NCBI GenBank assembly: GCA_965603825.1
Contig: CBFDEM010000056.1
Span: 124,001 to 188,000 of the forward strand
Source of the DNA: Blepharisma stoltei ATCC 30299
Lineage: Eukaryota > Protista > Ciliophora
DNA length: 64,000 nt
Direction: 5' to 3'
Below the pieces are notes generated by a model. The model was given only the letters and a program-made list of their open reading frames with translations. It made no database searches and was not told the origin of the DNA. Below, one piece after another: positions 1 to 11,387 of this stretch; position 1 is the stretch's first letter; every line of letters begins with the position of its first letter. The position numbers and the translations under genes are program-made.

Positions 1-140
1 CTGAAGAAAAGCCTGTCCCAAGAAATGAAGAAATTAAAGCAAATGATCTGGATTTTTATGATGAAAATGAATCATGAATGCCTCCAGAAGGCCAGACAGG
101 CGATGGCAGGACTAATTTGAATGAAAAATATGGGTATTAA
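1..140 (+). CDS. 3' end of kanadaptin (SLC4A1AP)-like protein, partial
   Basis: Frame from nt 3 reads ...DENES[TGA=W]MPPEGQTGDGRTNLNEKYGY-TAA, matching the kanadaptin C-terminal motif WxPPEGQxGDGRTxLNxKYGY. TGA at 75-77 sits in the Trp position. Confidence 0.75.
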
Positions 141-159
141 ATAATATTAAAGTAATGGT

Positions 160-1932
160 TTAGCTTATTTTTAATGCAGATTCTCTTACAGCTTGGACTT
201 GTGAAGTCTGAAGCTCGCTCACAAGCTTTAGGACTGCATCGCTATACCCAGCTACCACGATATTTTTTCCTCTGTCTTCAAGATCAGCCCCAAGCATGTC
301 CCTTCCATATCCTGCAAGATCAATGGTAATGTATTTCATATTTGGGTTGACCTCGTTCCTATATTTTTCTAGGATTCCGCTGACAGTTCTACCTCTATTA
401 TCTTGGTTGAAGGTAGTGTTCATTTTTTCAGTTGAAATTATCATATCTGAAAATATGAACATGTTATCTATATGAACTTTTTTTTCGATTATTTCGTCAA
501 ACCAATCAAAAGGATAGTCATTGTCATAACCAAGTTTTTCAGATAATGTCATTGCTGTTTGCATTTGGTCGAGAATGTTGTCACCTTCTAGCTCAACTGG
601 AAGCCAACAGGTAGGGGTTTCAGGTGGCTTAGGACTGGAAAGAAGGTATACTTGGGAGCTCTCACATACGTGTCTAAGCATCATCCCAAATAAAATTCCA
701 AGTTCCATACAGCATCTTACGCTCCCAAATGTCATGTCTCCAGAGATTCGGCATCTCATTGAGCCAGAGGTGTCACAAAATATGACTGAATGCCCTTTGA
801 TTGGTTTGACGTTTAATGCTGTTGCAAGCTTAACTGATTCTTCCAGAGCACTTTTATATTCATCAATAGTGGCCTGAGTAGGGACATTTTTCGGAATAAT
901 TTTTTTCCTCAGCCACTTCTTCTTCAGTCCTCTTTTCCCTTCAGGAACTGGCGGCTCAAAAGTTGGGTCATCATGAAGTTTTTGAAGTTGCTCTAAGTCA
1001 ATCTTCAAAACATCATACGCAGAGAAAAATCTAAAAGGGAAAAGCATTGATTTTTCTATCTGGTCTGGGTCTCTTAGTCTATCTTGGACTATTTTGTGTG
1101 TTTCTTGGTCAACCCCTGTAATGATAAAGTTTCTTATGTTTCTAAGCATTGCCATGAAGGGGAGTTTTCTTGACTTTATTAGAGATTCCCAGATTTCTGG
1201 CTTATTGCCGCCTGCGCTTAATTGTGTTTCCCATGTGACTGGAGTTTCTATTTTCATCCTTTTTCCTGATAGACTAGGATTGAATTCCCCTTCGACATTG
1301 AGTCCTGACTCTGCAAACACATCAGAATTTTCAGGATATCTTTTGCCGAGGACGCACATAACAGAAGAAGCAGGGGATTTTACATGGCAAAGTCTGATGA
1401 TCTGCTTCATACTGATTTTACCTTTTCTCGAGCTGCTATTTTTCTTAAGCAAAGAGCGCTTTCTTTTGCCTTCGGAGCAGTATTTGCCGAGATGGTAAAC
1501 TGAAAATTCGGAGAATTTCGAGGTAATAACTTCTCTAAGGCATCTAGGGATTTTCAGCATTTTTGAGTTCCCTTCGCCTTGAGTTATGAGCTGATAAAAC
1601 TCTACAACCTCTATGAGATCTCCAGGGAGTCGAATGGTGTGTGAGAAATATTTCTTAAGGAATGTTTTGCATACTGGGTGGCTGGCAGCCCATGCAACTA
1701 TGTAGTTAGACATTGCTCGAAGATTCAGATGATTTCGAGTGAAGTAAGCTAACTGACATATAAATTCAGGATCGATTGATGAAACCTCTGTCATATCATT
1801 GCTGATATCTTTAAGCCTGTTTGTCGAGTCCTCATAGTACTTCGGTTCACGAACAAGGCAGGCTGACACGCGGTTTACCAATCTTTCGAGAGGATCCTTT
1901 AAAAAATCTCCTACAACAACTCTTTCGTCCAT
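160..1932 (-). CDS. TROVE + vWA protein, telomerase-associated p80/TEP1-like
   Basis: DPEFICQLAYFTRNHLNLR, TIRLPGDLIEV, KFSEFSVYHLGKY, PVTWETQLS, LPFMAMLRNIRN and FPFRFFSAY (TROVE); DTSGSM MIDAS-like motif (vWA). Confidence 0.85.
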   Translation of the reverse strand: MDERVVVGDFLKDPLERLVNRVSACLVREPKYYEDSTNRLKDISNDMTEVSSIDPEFICQLAYFTRNHLNLRAMSNYIVAWAASHPVCKTFLKKYFSHTIRLPGDLIEVVEFYQLITQGEGNSKMLKIPRCLREVITSKFSEFSVYHLGKYCSEGKRKRSLLKKNSSSRKGKISMKQIIRLCHVKSPASSVMCVLGKRYPENSDVFAESGLNVEGEFNPSLSGKRMKIETPVTWETQLSAGGNKPEIWESLIKSRKLPFMAMLRNIRNFIITGVDQETHKIVQDRLRDPDQIEKSMLFPFRFFSAYDVLKIDLEQLQKLHDDPTFEPPVPEGKRGLKKKWLRKKIIPKNVPTQATIDEYKSALEESVKLATALNVKPIKGHSVIFCDTSGSMRCRISGDMTFGSVRCCMELGILFGMMLRHVCESSQVYLLSSPKPPETPTCWLPVELEGDNILDQMQTAMTLSEKLGYDNDYPFDWFDEIIEKKVHIDNMFIFSDMIISTEKMNTTFNQDNRGRTVSGILEKYRNEVNPNMKYITIDLAGYGRDMLGADLEDRGKNIVVAGYSDAVLKLVSELQTSQVQAVRESALKIS

Positions 1933-2412
1933 TTTATTAGGTAAGGATAGATGCTGAAAATATGCACAAAAATATGGTGAGACTGGTATAAACTAATATA
2001 GAATTGACAAGAAATTTGATAGGTTTATGAATTTGAAGGGGTTATTAAGGAGATTCAAGATATAAAATTTTTAATGCTAATTTAAATGATATATATATTA
2101 TTTGAACCACTATTTTGGAACTATCATTATTAAGCTGCTTATTAGTGTTTTATATTAATTGCTTAATAAAATAAGCATAAATTCCCGAAATTCATTTAAA
2201 TTCAAAAATTCCCGAAATTTTTTATTATTCTCATATTATTCTAAAATCATTCCAATATATTTACCTATAAATTTTAATTAGAATATTAAGATTTTCTCTA
2301 ATAGTGTTACTTTTCTCCTTAATTTCTAATATTTTCTAGTTTTGCTGCCTCTTCGCACCCATCTTCTTTTAATTCGAATTTTTACCTAATTCTTTACCAA
2401 TTTAAATATTAA

Positions 2413-4946
2413 ATGTCTCGCGACTAGGCTAAAAATTATGGGGATCAGTTGGACAAACTCCCTATACTTCTCAAATATCAAACAGAGACGACTATGTTGT
2501 CACAACTAGATCAGGTTTCTAATTAGCGCTCAGACTTTCAGAATCAATCCTCTTTATTGGAGAGTCCTAGACAGCCTCCTCTCCAAGATCCATCAATGAG
2601 CTTCAGTTCTGAGCACTAAGCAGACAAGAATTCAGAAACGCCCTTGAACATTTAGGCCTAAACCTTACTACTTATGATGTTGAAATGTTAGTCGACGTGG
2701 CAGACGCCAATAAAGATGGCTCAATTACTCTTCACGAGTTCATTAAATTTGTCCAGCCTTCTGAAAACATAATTTCAGTCTTCAAAAGAATTATGAAAAG
2801 GAGCGGCATATCTGCGCCTGACCTTTTCAATATTTTTGACGCTGAAAAAAAACGGGATAATTACAAAAGACGAGTTCAAAAGAGTCCTGGCAAGCCTAAA
2901 AATTCCTTTGACGCCAGAAGAAGTAGAGCTTTATGGACATTTATTGACAAAGATAAAAGCAATACTATAAGCTTCAAAGAATTCCAAGATTTATTAAGGG
3001 AAGCAGCACCTATTTCGAGAACTAATACAAAAATAAGTGAAGGATCAAGACTTCCGACTGAGGAAAGCAAAGCGACACCAGTTCCTCCACCAGATCCATT
3101 GGAAAGTATAGTAAAAGTGATCGCTTCGAGTGGAATAAACTTGTTTGACGCTTTTAAAGTATTTGATAAAAATAATGATGGGTATATATCAAGACAAGAA
3201 CTTATCAAAGTTTTCCAAGACATGAAGCTTAACCTTGCAAACAGTGAAAATGAAATTTTACTGAGAAAAATTGATAAGTCAGGCGACAATAGAATTTCTT
3301 TTGATGAATTCAAAGAGTTTTTCAAAAGGTACGGAATCGAAGTAAATCCAAGAGCCCAAGGAGCTGCCCAAACCCAAGCTCAAGCAGCTAGGAAAAAAAT
3401 CAGAAGTGTCCCAGAGCTTATTGATATGCTCGATGACCATATGACAAAGCAAAAATTAACCTTAGTCAGGCTATACACACAAGTGCTTGACCAAAACAAA
3501 GACAGCTGGATTTCCAAAGATGAGCTTATGAAAGGCTTTAACAGAATTCTTGAACACCCATTAACTGAAAGCGAAACAAACAGCCTTGTAACTGAGCTCT
3601 GTCCAAAAGGCCAAACCAGAATTAGTTTTAACAACCTAAAAGACGTATATGCCAGATATTCCAAAAAATCAGAAACGGCGGCACAAGATGCATCCAGAAG
3701 GCAGCTGCTGGAGTCTTCTGAGTCATTAAATAGGTCAATTGGACAATCACAAGCAAAAACAGCACAAGATTTTAGGGTAAATTCACCGACACAAACTCAG
3801 CAAGATTTTAGACCTTCACCGACACAGACTGCACAAGATTTTAGACAGCCTCCAAGTCAGACTATGCAGGATTTCAGACAGTCTTCACAAGGATTTGGCC
3901 AAGGACAGGATATAAGAAGCTCAGGGCTAAACCAGCCAGGACAGAGAGCTTCACCAGCTCAGACTGGACAAGATTTCAGGCAAGATTCAATGGGCAGAGG
4001 AATGGGAGCTACACAAGAAGGATTTAGGCAGGCTCCTACAGACCAAAGAGGAGAGCAAAATTATTATAATAGAGCAAATGTGCCGCCAGGCCAAAGCTCA
4101 ACTCCAAGCCAATATGATATAAGAAGTAGCAATACGCCAGAAAGCTTTAGGACAGGGACTGACCTAGGGAGCTATAGAGCTCAAGATCCTTATAATCAGC
4201 CAGGATATGGCAGGACTCCTCAACAAACTCAAGGCAATCTTCCAACGCCTGGGTATAGTAAAGAACCTACTAGAGCTCCTCAAGAAGCTTATAAAAAAAT
4301 AGCCCCTGGCTATGGTCAAGAGCCTTCTAGAGCTCCTCAGCAAGGACAACAAATAGCCCCTGGATACGGCCAAGAGCCTTCTAGAGCTCCTCAGCAAGGA
4401 CAACAAATAGCTCCTAGCTATAGCCAAGATCTTTCAAGAGCTCCTCAGCAAGGACAACAATTAGCCCTTAGTTATGGCCAAGATCTATCAAGAGCTCCTC
4501 AGCAAGGACAACAAATAGCACCTGGTTATGGCCAAGATCTATCAAGAGGTCCTCAGCAAGGACAACAAATAGTACCTGATTACAGCCAAGAGCCTTCTAG
4601 AGCTCCTCAACAAGGACAACAAATAGCCCCTAGCTATGGCCAAGATTTATCTAGAGCTTCTCAGCAAGGACAACAATTAGCCCTTAGCTATGGCCAAGAT
4701 ATATCTAGAGCTCCTCAGCAAGGACAGCAGCTAGCCCTTAGCTATGGCCAAGATCCCTCAAGAGCTCCTCAGCAAGGACAACAAATAGCTCCAAGCTATG
4801 TTCAAGACCCTTATAAACAAACTACCCCTAGCTACAGCAGAGAGTCAACAAGAGGACCACAGCAACCCCAAGATCCTTATAAACAAACTGCGCCTAGCTA
4901 TGGTAGCCAGCCTCCTACTACTAAAGAGCCTCCTAGAAGATTTTAA
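2413..4946 (+). CDS. Multi-EF-hand Ca2+-binding protein with a Q/P/G/Y-rich repeat tail; 5' part frame-disrupted, start uncertain
   Basis: EF loops DANKDGSITLHE, DKDKSNTISFKE, DKNNDGYISRQE, DKSGDNRISFDE, DQNKDSWISKDE. The frame extends upstream of 2685 (LSRQEFRNALEHLGL). Apparent indels at about 2413-2610 and 2845-2930. Confidence 0.7.
4263..4800 (+). repeat. Coding tandem repeat, 54-nt (18-aa) unit APxYGQ(E/D)xSRAPQQGQQ(I/L), about 9-10 copies
   Basis: agagctcctcagcaaggacaacaa recurs at 54-nt spacing. Confidence 0.9.
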
Positions 4947-5018
4947 TATAAATTATCACTATTCTAAAATAACTATAAGTTTTACTTTAAAATGGTTAAG
5001 TTTTAAATAACGACTATA

Positions 5019-7115
5019 ATGGATGATTCAGTATGGGCAATTATCGCCGCTCTCGGCATAGATATTTTTCTTTTTACTCTAGAATTCTACTTATTTTCGA
5101 TATACCGCAAAATCCGTAACAGACCTATATTTGCAGAAATCGGAGAACGTGAAGTCAAAGTTCCTGTATATTCAGAATCTGACACACCATTATGGGTTTT
5201 AATGACAAATGTTTGAAAAGTTCCATATGAAGAAATGGGTCATTATTGTGGAATTGAAGGTCAGCTGTATCTCGCATTTCATGTAGCAATGGGAGGTGGA
5301 CTTGCAGTTTTAGCAGTAATTGGCTGTGGACTTTTAATTCCGATCTACGCACTTGGAGACACACATGTGAAAAAAGACATGAACAACATAAGTATAGCCC
5401 ACATTATTGAGCAGGAAGATTTAATGTCAATTGTTCTCATTCTATTCCTTGTATTTACTATCATCATTTTTGGAACTCTAGTTGGCTATCTCTATCAGGT
5501 CTCATACGCTCATTCTACACCTTCTGAATTAATTTGTACAATCGACAGGTATACAATCCAAATCAAAGGAATTTCAAAAGCATTTACACCTGATGTTGCA
5601 GCACAAAAAATCAGAGATTTTTTACAAATGAGATATGGCTATGATATTCAAAGCATATATGTTGTCCCTGACTTAGCTGAAGCCTCAAGGCTACAAAAAG
5701 AGCTAGAAGAAGCCAAAAAAAACCAGAAACATTATATGGACTTTTTAATAGCAAAAGGCTATAAAGAAAAAATCAAGCCAACTTTCTGTGGAAAAGAAGT
5801 CGACGCAATTGATTACTATACATGCGAAATTGGGAAACTCGAAAAGGAATATAAAGAAGCCCTTGAAAACGGTAAAAATATCACCTCTGGCTTTGCATTT
5901 GTGATATGCAAAACTCCTATAAGTACTTTTAACATCATAAAAACGTTTAAAGGAGAAGACGACGAGCTGCAATCAAATAAATGAATCCTCACCTTAGCGC
6001 CAGCCCCAGCCGAAGTAAACTGGCCTAACATGTCAATTCACAAGCCAAGGCTCTGGATCAAGCGTGCAGGGCTTTTTATATTATTTTTTATATTTTTCTT
6101 TCTCCTGATAACCCCATCTACACTTCTGCAGATTATGATGTATATCTTGGAATGGATCGGAGGAAAAGAATTATATGAAGCCTTACTTAGCCAAGTCGCG
6201 CCTTCTTTAATTTTACTTATTTATCAGTCTGCAATAGTAAGACATGCAGTCTTAGCAATAGTAGAAAGGGAGCAGCTGCCTAGTAAAAGTGACGAGACAG
6301 TTAGCGCTATGATAAAATATTTATTGGTTATGGTCACATATACCTTTTTAGTACCATTATTAGGCGTCCAGGTTTATTCTGCAATTGTGACTACAGTTGA
6401 TGGAGAAAGCGACTGGGACCAAGAAATTGCGAACCATGCGGCATATTCTGCACAAGTTTTCACGATTTTTGTGATACATTTGATTTTTTTGAAAAATGGA
6501 GGAGACTTTTTGCAGGTGCCGAAACTTGTGAGGGTGAAGTGGAGACAAATGAAAGCGGTGAATGATACTGAAAGAATGCTGGCTTATGAGGTAAAGGATA
6601 TGTAGGCTTATGAATTTAGGTGGGCTTATGAGTATGGGGTTTCTATTTCAGCGATATTTATAATATTCGCGTTTTCGATTGCGTATCCACTGATTTTGAT
6701 TATAGGAGTGTTCTTTTGTATTTCAAGAGTAATTTTTACTTAGTATTACACAGCAAAATATAATTTGCTTTGTTTTTATTGCACTGTGAAAACAACAACT
6801 GGCAATAGAATTCCAAGAGTGATAGTTGTAGCCTTGCTAGTCTCAATTTTATTTTTCCAATTAACAACAGCTTATCTTCTCCTTCTAAGTGACTCAATGG
6901 TTTACGTTTATATTTCTGGTGGCCTCATTATTGTCTCGATTTTTATATTTTTGGTGATTTATTATATGAGAAATGAAATAGAAAAAGAACTGAAAAAAAG
7001 CTTTGGGATTGAGCAAGTTGAAGAAGAAGGGCTTATTTTTGGATCTGATATAAGCAATTATTATCATCCTCTGCAAGATCCAGATGATGCTCATCCTGCA
7101 GAACCAATAGAATAA
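5019..7115 (+). CDS. OSCA/TMEM63/CSC1 (DUF221) family channel
   Basis: Joined through TGA=W at 5214 and 5982 and 15-nt introns at 6591-6605 and 6729-6743. Motifs: CGIEGQLYLAF, LLIPIY, SGFAFV, APAPAEVNWPNM, FSIAYPLIL...YYTAKYNLL. Many TM segments. Confidence 0.88.
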
Positions 7116-7263
7116 AAACAAAAAATAATAAACTATAATTTTTAATTTAATTAAATTAAATCAGGTTTGAATGCTATTTTTCAGCATTTTTGATGTAATT
7201 TTTATTAATTTATACATAGTTTTATATTATTATGTCTATGAATTTACTTCAAATTTCTATTAC

Positions 7264-8220
7264 TTATTGAAAAGCCATATAATATGATAAAGTTACGTTT
7301 GGACTTTTCGCATCTGACATTCCCAATGCAATTTGCGCTCTAAGTTCACTTGCATCATAATCGTAAGGCAAGCTTGAAGAGTTGAGTGTCTGGGATGGGA
7401 AAATAAGGTTCCTTACAGTTACATCAGGATAATCATGGTTCACAGTCTCTTCTACTCTCATTGTATCTTGGAAAGCTGAAATTTCTAAGTATCTATGGAA
7501 AACATCTGGAGTCTTGAATTTTGATGCATCGATTTGTTGAATGGTTTTTCCTGCAACCATAACGACATCTACGAACATTTGGTCAGTTGTATATCCTTTG
7601 TTGGTGCAGGCAGTGACTGCATCTAGAATATCGACGGTGTATTTAATACATCCAGTTGAAAGCTGAAGGTTGCTGTATGGAATCCATGGGAATTCTCCTT
7701 GAGTAGCTAAGCTGGCTTTAACACCTATTGCCATGGTTTCGCTATCTAGGAATGAACTGTTGAAAAGGACATAGTTTCCAGATACAAGATCTGTGGCACC
7801 AACTGCAGTCCATCTCTGGAAAGTGCTTGGGATTTTTTTGTTGATTGTAGGACCCATAGGAGAGGTGTCAAATAAGCCTTTTTCCCAATAAATGCCTGTG
7901 ATTTCTCCACCTGGCCATTGTTTGTAAAATTGATTTGGAGTGAAGGTGTTCCAGGTGTTATTTAGCACCGAAATTGCGCTGGATTCTTGTCCAAGGGCAT
8001 AGTTGCCAAGAATGATTGCGTTAAATGCGCCGACGCCGTTTCCTGTAACCACATCCCACACAGCTTCCCCTGATGGGAGATTTTGAATCAGTCCAATTAT
8101 TGCACCAGCTTGGTAAGCACCTTTGTCAGTGCCTCCTCCAAGAGCGAGGATTCTGCATTTACCATTAATTGCTAGAACTGAACTAGCAAACAATAAGTTC
8201 ACCACGACAAGCCTCCACAT
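7264..8220 (-). CDS. Secreted patatin-like phospholipase
   Basis: Signal peptide; LALGGGTDKGAYQAG glycine loop; DVVTGNGVGAFN at the nucleophile elbow (G in place of the usual S); GLFDTSPM; GATD. Confidence 0.8.
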   Translation of the reverse strand: MWRLVVVNLLFASSVLAINGKCRILALGGGTDKGAYQAGAIIGLIQNLPSGEAVWDVVTGNGVGAFNAIILGNYALGQESSAISVLNNTWNTFTPNQFYKQWPGGEITGIYWEKGLFDTSPMGPTINKKIPSTFQRWTAVGATDLVSGNYVLFNSSFLDSETMAIGVKASLATQGEFPWIPYSNLQLSTGCIKYTVDILDAVTACTNKGYTTDQMFVDVVMVAGKTIQQIDASKFKTPDVFHRYLEISAFQDTMRVEETVNHDYPDVTVRNLIFPSQTLNSSSLPYDYDASELRAQIALGMSDAKSPNVTLSYYMAFQ

Positions 8221-8772
8221 TTATATATCAAAATTTAGGAGAACTTATTGGGAATTTGTGAATTTAAAAGAAATAGAGGAAAAGGTCATAGAAATTCTAT
8301 ACAGTTCTATAGGGATTCTTATAGATAAAAATCCTAATAGAATGTGAGGGATATTAAAGGATTTAGGATTTGTTACGAATTTCTATTAATTTTTTACGTA
8401 TATTAAATATAAAGTTATTAACTTCTATTCTAGGAGGCAAGAGGAGAAGGATATAAATTGAATTTTAAAATAAATAAGCTATATTATTCCATTTCTATGA
8501 GTTTTTCTTATTGTTGCCTCTAATTTTTAAGCATTTGTCTAATATCATAGTAAAACTGATATTTCTATTCCCATATTTCTAAAAAGAAATACCCGATTTT
8601 AGTTCCATCATATAACTCCTATAAATTTTCCCAACATATTTCTGCTGACTGTAAATCTCAGCATTAATAATTTTTAATTAATTCTTGTTAAAAAAATAAT
8701 AACCACGTTATCTATAACTTCCCTCTCCCTATACCATTTTAAATTAAAATTTAAATGATAATTTATAATAAA

Positions 8773-9618
8773 ATGTGCATTACTGCAGTTGCTCTCAATT
8801 CTCATCCTAATTACCCATTTGTACTAATTTTCAACAGAGATGAGGCATTTGAGAGGCCTACTTCAGAGCTAGCAGAATGGTCAGACGAATGAGAAGGGAT
8901 AGTTGCAGGAAGAGATTTAATGGGAGGTGGGACCTGATTAGGCATCAATCGGGACGGTAAATTTGTGGCACTAACTAATTTTACTGACGAGGACCTTGAA
9001 GTCCTCCAACAACAGCAAGCTAATCCTAGTGCCTCTTTATGGTCTGGAAACATGCACGATTATTTAACTCGAGGAATGATCCCTTTACGACTTTTAAGAA
9101 AAAATGTAAATATCTATAATGAGCTCCAAGATATATGGACTGATAGATCTCGCTATAAAAGCTTTAATTTGTTAGCTGGGGATATAAAAAACAATGAAGT
9201 TTACTATTTAAGTGTAAATCAAGCTGAAAATGCGTTTTCAGGATTAAGAAGGCTTGATGAAGGAGTTCACTGTATGTCGAATACTGATATTTCAAATGAA
9301 TGGGACAAGACCAAAAGATTGAAGGCTGATTTAGAAAATTTTTTGAAAAATAATGATAGGTTTTCCACGATAGATTTGGTACCTTTGCTAAGGACTGAAA
9401 TTAAACAGGATGAGCCACCTGAAAATGAAGCTTCGATTTTTATTAAGCCTTATCCAGGAGAAATGTTTGGGACTCCTGCAACAAGAGGAACTGTCTCTTC
9501 TACTATTATAACTCTAGATAGTTCCCAGGAAATTGCGATTCTTGAAAGGACTTGGAATAGAGATCAGATATCTTATAGCGACACAAATAAATCTTTTATA
9601 TTAACAAATCATAATTAA
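8773..9618 (+). CDS. TANGO2 / NRDE family protein
   Basis: Begins MCITAVALNSHPNYPFVLIFNRDEAFERPT; AGRDLMGGGT[TGA=W]LGINRDGKFVALTN; SFNLLAGD; RGTVSSTII. TGA at 8890 and 8935. Confidence 0.92.
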
Positions 9619-10738
9619 TATATTTTTATTAAAAAATAACAGCTAATCCTTTAGGAAGTATTTTAAATTTTAGGAAAATATCAAAGGACGTATTAAAAAT
9701 CTGGTAAATAAATTCTATTAGAATATTTATGATTTAAGTTATAATTAACAATAGATAATTGTTATGATAACGTTTATATAGAATACTTATAATTAGAATT
9801 AAATTTATTAAAGAAAATTATTATGGAGAAGAATTATTGAACTTAGAAAAGGTTTTTTATTAAAAAATTCATAAAAAACTGAAATTATGAGTACTTGAAT
9901 AGAAAATTAAAAATGAAAAAATTTAGAGGATTGTGCTAATTTTAAAAATAAAAGTATTCTATACTTTCTCTATAGGCGGGCAAGATTTTTTATTTGCTGC
10001 ATGCAAGAGCTTTTTTTCTATATTCAATTATTATTTTTGGAAAGAAAGCTTATACTTTAGAATTCGGCGCTTTTAAATTTATAATTTAAATTAATCTGCT
10101 ACACAATAGAACAACAAAATCAGCAGTAAGACTACTTCTTCTCCATCGAGGCCACAAATGCATTCTCTGCAAAGGTAATCTTAAGGACTGATTTAGTGGT
10201 TTACTTACAAAACCAGAAACTGACTTTAGAATAATACTAATGAACGACTTTTTAAAAATTCCTGAAGAAAGTCAGGAAATAAATAAATTGTCCATTTTGA
10301 TATCAAACATTTTATGAAGAAGAGCAAACTTTATTCCTGCGTATATAAGAAAATTAATGGAAAAGTAAATTATAATCTAACCTGTTTAAAAATAACTATT
10401 ATTTAAGTATTTATAAGCATTCGTTCTCTATATTTATTATATATAAATAATTGTTAAATTAAAATTTACTAAAGGAAGAATAAGCTTCTAACTAGCAACC
10501 ATTTTTATTTTCATAATGATATTCTCGAAATTCGATAACTTCAAAATCAATTCCTTTTTTAAATACTGCCCTTTTCCTATACTACCTTTATCTTATTTAT
10601 CCTCAGATTTACTATTAAACCTCTTATCCTATATTTTTAAAAATTTCTTATCAGAATTACAATTTTTTTTCTAAAAAATCCCAGCTTAATAATTTCTTTA
10701 AATTTTCCTTTTTTTAATAGATTTTTTATTAGTCCAAA

Positions 10739-10789
10739 ATGTGTTTACCCATGCCCCATTTTCAGCTTCTGATGGGATTTTGAAAATAA
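10739..10789 (+). promoter_or_regulatory. Candidate uORF upstream of antizyme (MCLPMPHFQLLMGF[W]K*)
   Basis: aaaATG at 10739, TAA at 10787-10789, in frame with and 36 nt upstream of the antizyme ATG. Inclusion in the mRNA is unproven. Confidence 0.35.
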
Positions 10790-10825
10790 AAACCACCACT
10801 TTCCATATTCCTTTATAATGATAAA

Positions 10826-11326
10826 ATGTCAATCAGCGATCAATCAACAGACAGAAGCAGCGACTGTGTTGAGCTCGTAGGCTCAAGATGCCTAACCTAT
10901 TCTTTTATTCTTGGCAGAGATGACTCATTAGTCTCAGAAATGATGAGTTCTGACTCTGAAATGGAGGTTTTCAAAAAAGACTTTTTGGACCATTTTCCAG
11001 AATCCCGCATGGCAAATGTGACTTTCTTTTCTATGGTTCCGACCTTGTCTGACGGAGAAGAACTTAAGCCTTTATATTGTTTCCAAACCCCAACTGCAAT
11101 ATATGTAAGAGCAGGCTCAAAAGTCCCAAAATCCACATTTGACCAACTGTTAGACTTGGCGACCCAAAGTGGCCTGGAGACTATTTATATCGCAGTTTAT
11201 AAAGAGCTTGAGACCTTTATGAAGACTGTAAAAATGCTTATGTACATGGGATTCAGACAGTTAGACTTAGAAACCCAGAAGAAGCTGTGCAACACGTCAG
11301 CATTATTATTAGCTCTCACTGTGTAG
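10826..11326 (+). CDS. Ornithine decarboxylase antizyme-like protein, single ORF
   Basis: C-terminal KSTFDQLLDLATQSGLETIYIAVYKELETFMKTVKMLMYMGFRQL matches the ODC_AZ pattern K.SF..LL.FAEE.L....V.I.F.K.......L.R.F.F.GF. Confidence 0.75.
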   Translation: MSISDQSTDRSSDCVELVGSRCLTYSFILGRDDSLVSEMMSSDSEMEVFKKDFLDHFPESRMANVTFFSMVPTLSDGEELKPLYCFQTPTAIYVRAGSKVPKSTFDQLLDLATQSGLETIYIAVYKELETFMKTVKMLMYMGFRQLDLETQKKLCNTSALLLALTV

Positions 11327-11387
11327 AGTCTAAATAAATACTTAATTCCTTTAATTCTTAAATAAATTCTACTAAAACTTAAAGAAA

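Noticed and set aside
575-1498. Antisense ORFs in the track here and opposite most other long genes
   Set aside because: They are mirror frames of real genes on the other strand and have no motifs of their own.
4263-4800. Regular repeats as a CRISPR array
   Set aside because: The units are contiguous, in frame and protein-coding, with no unique spacers; the context is eukaryotic and there are no cas genes.
10778-10790. TTT-TGA or AAA-TAA as a classical antizyme or Euplotes-type +1 shift site
   Set aside because: The uORF is already in the antizyme frame; a +1 shift leads into a frame that stops at a TAG near 10880.
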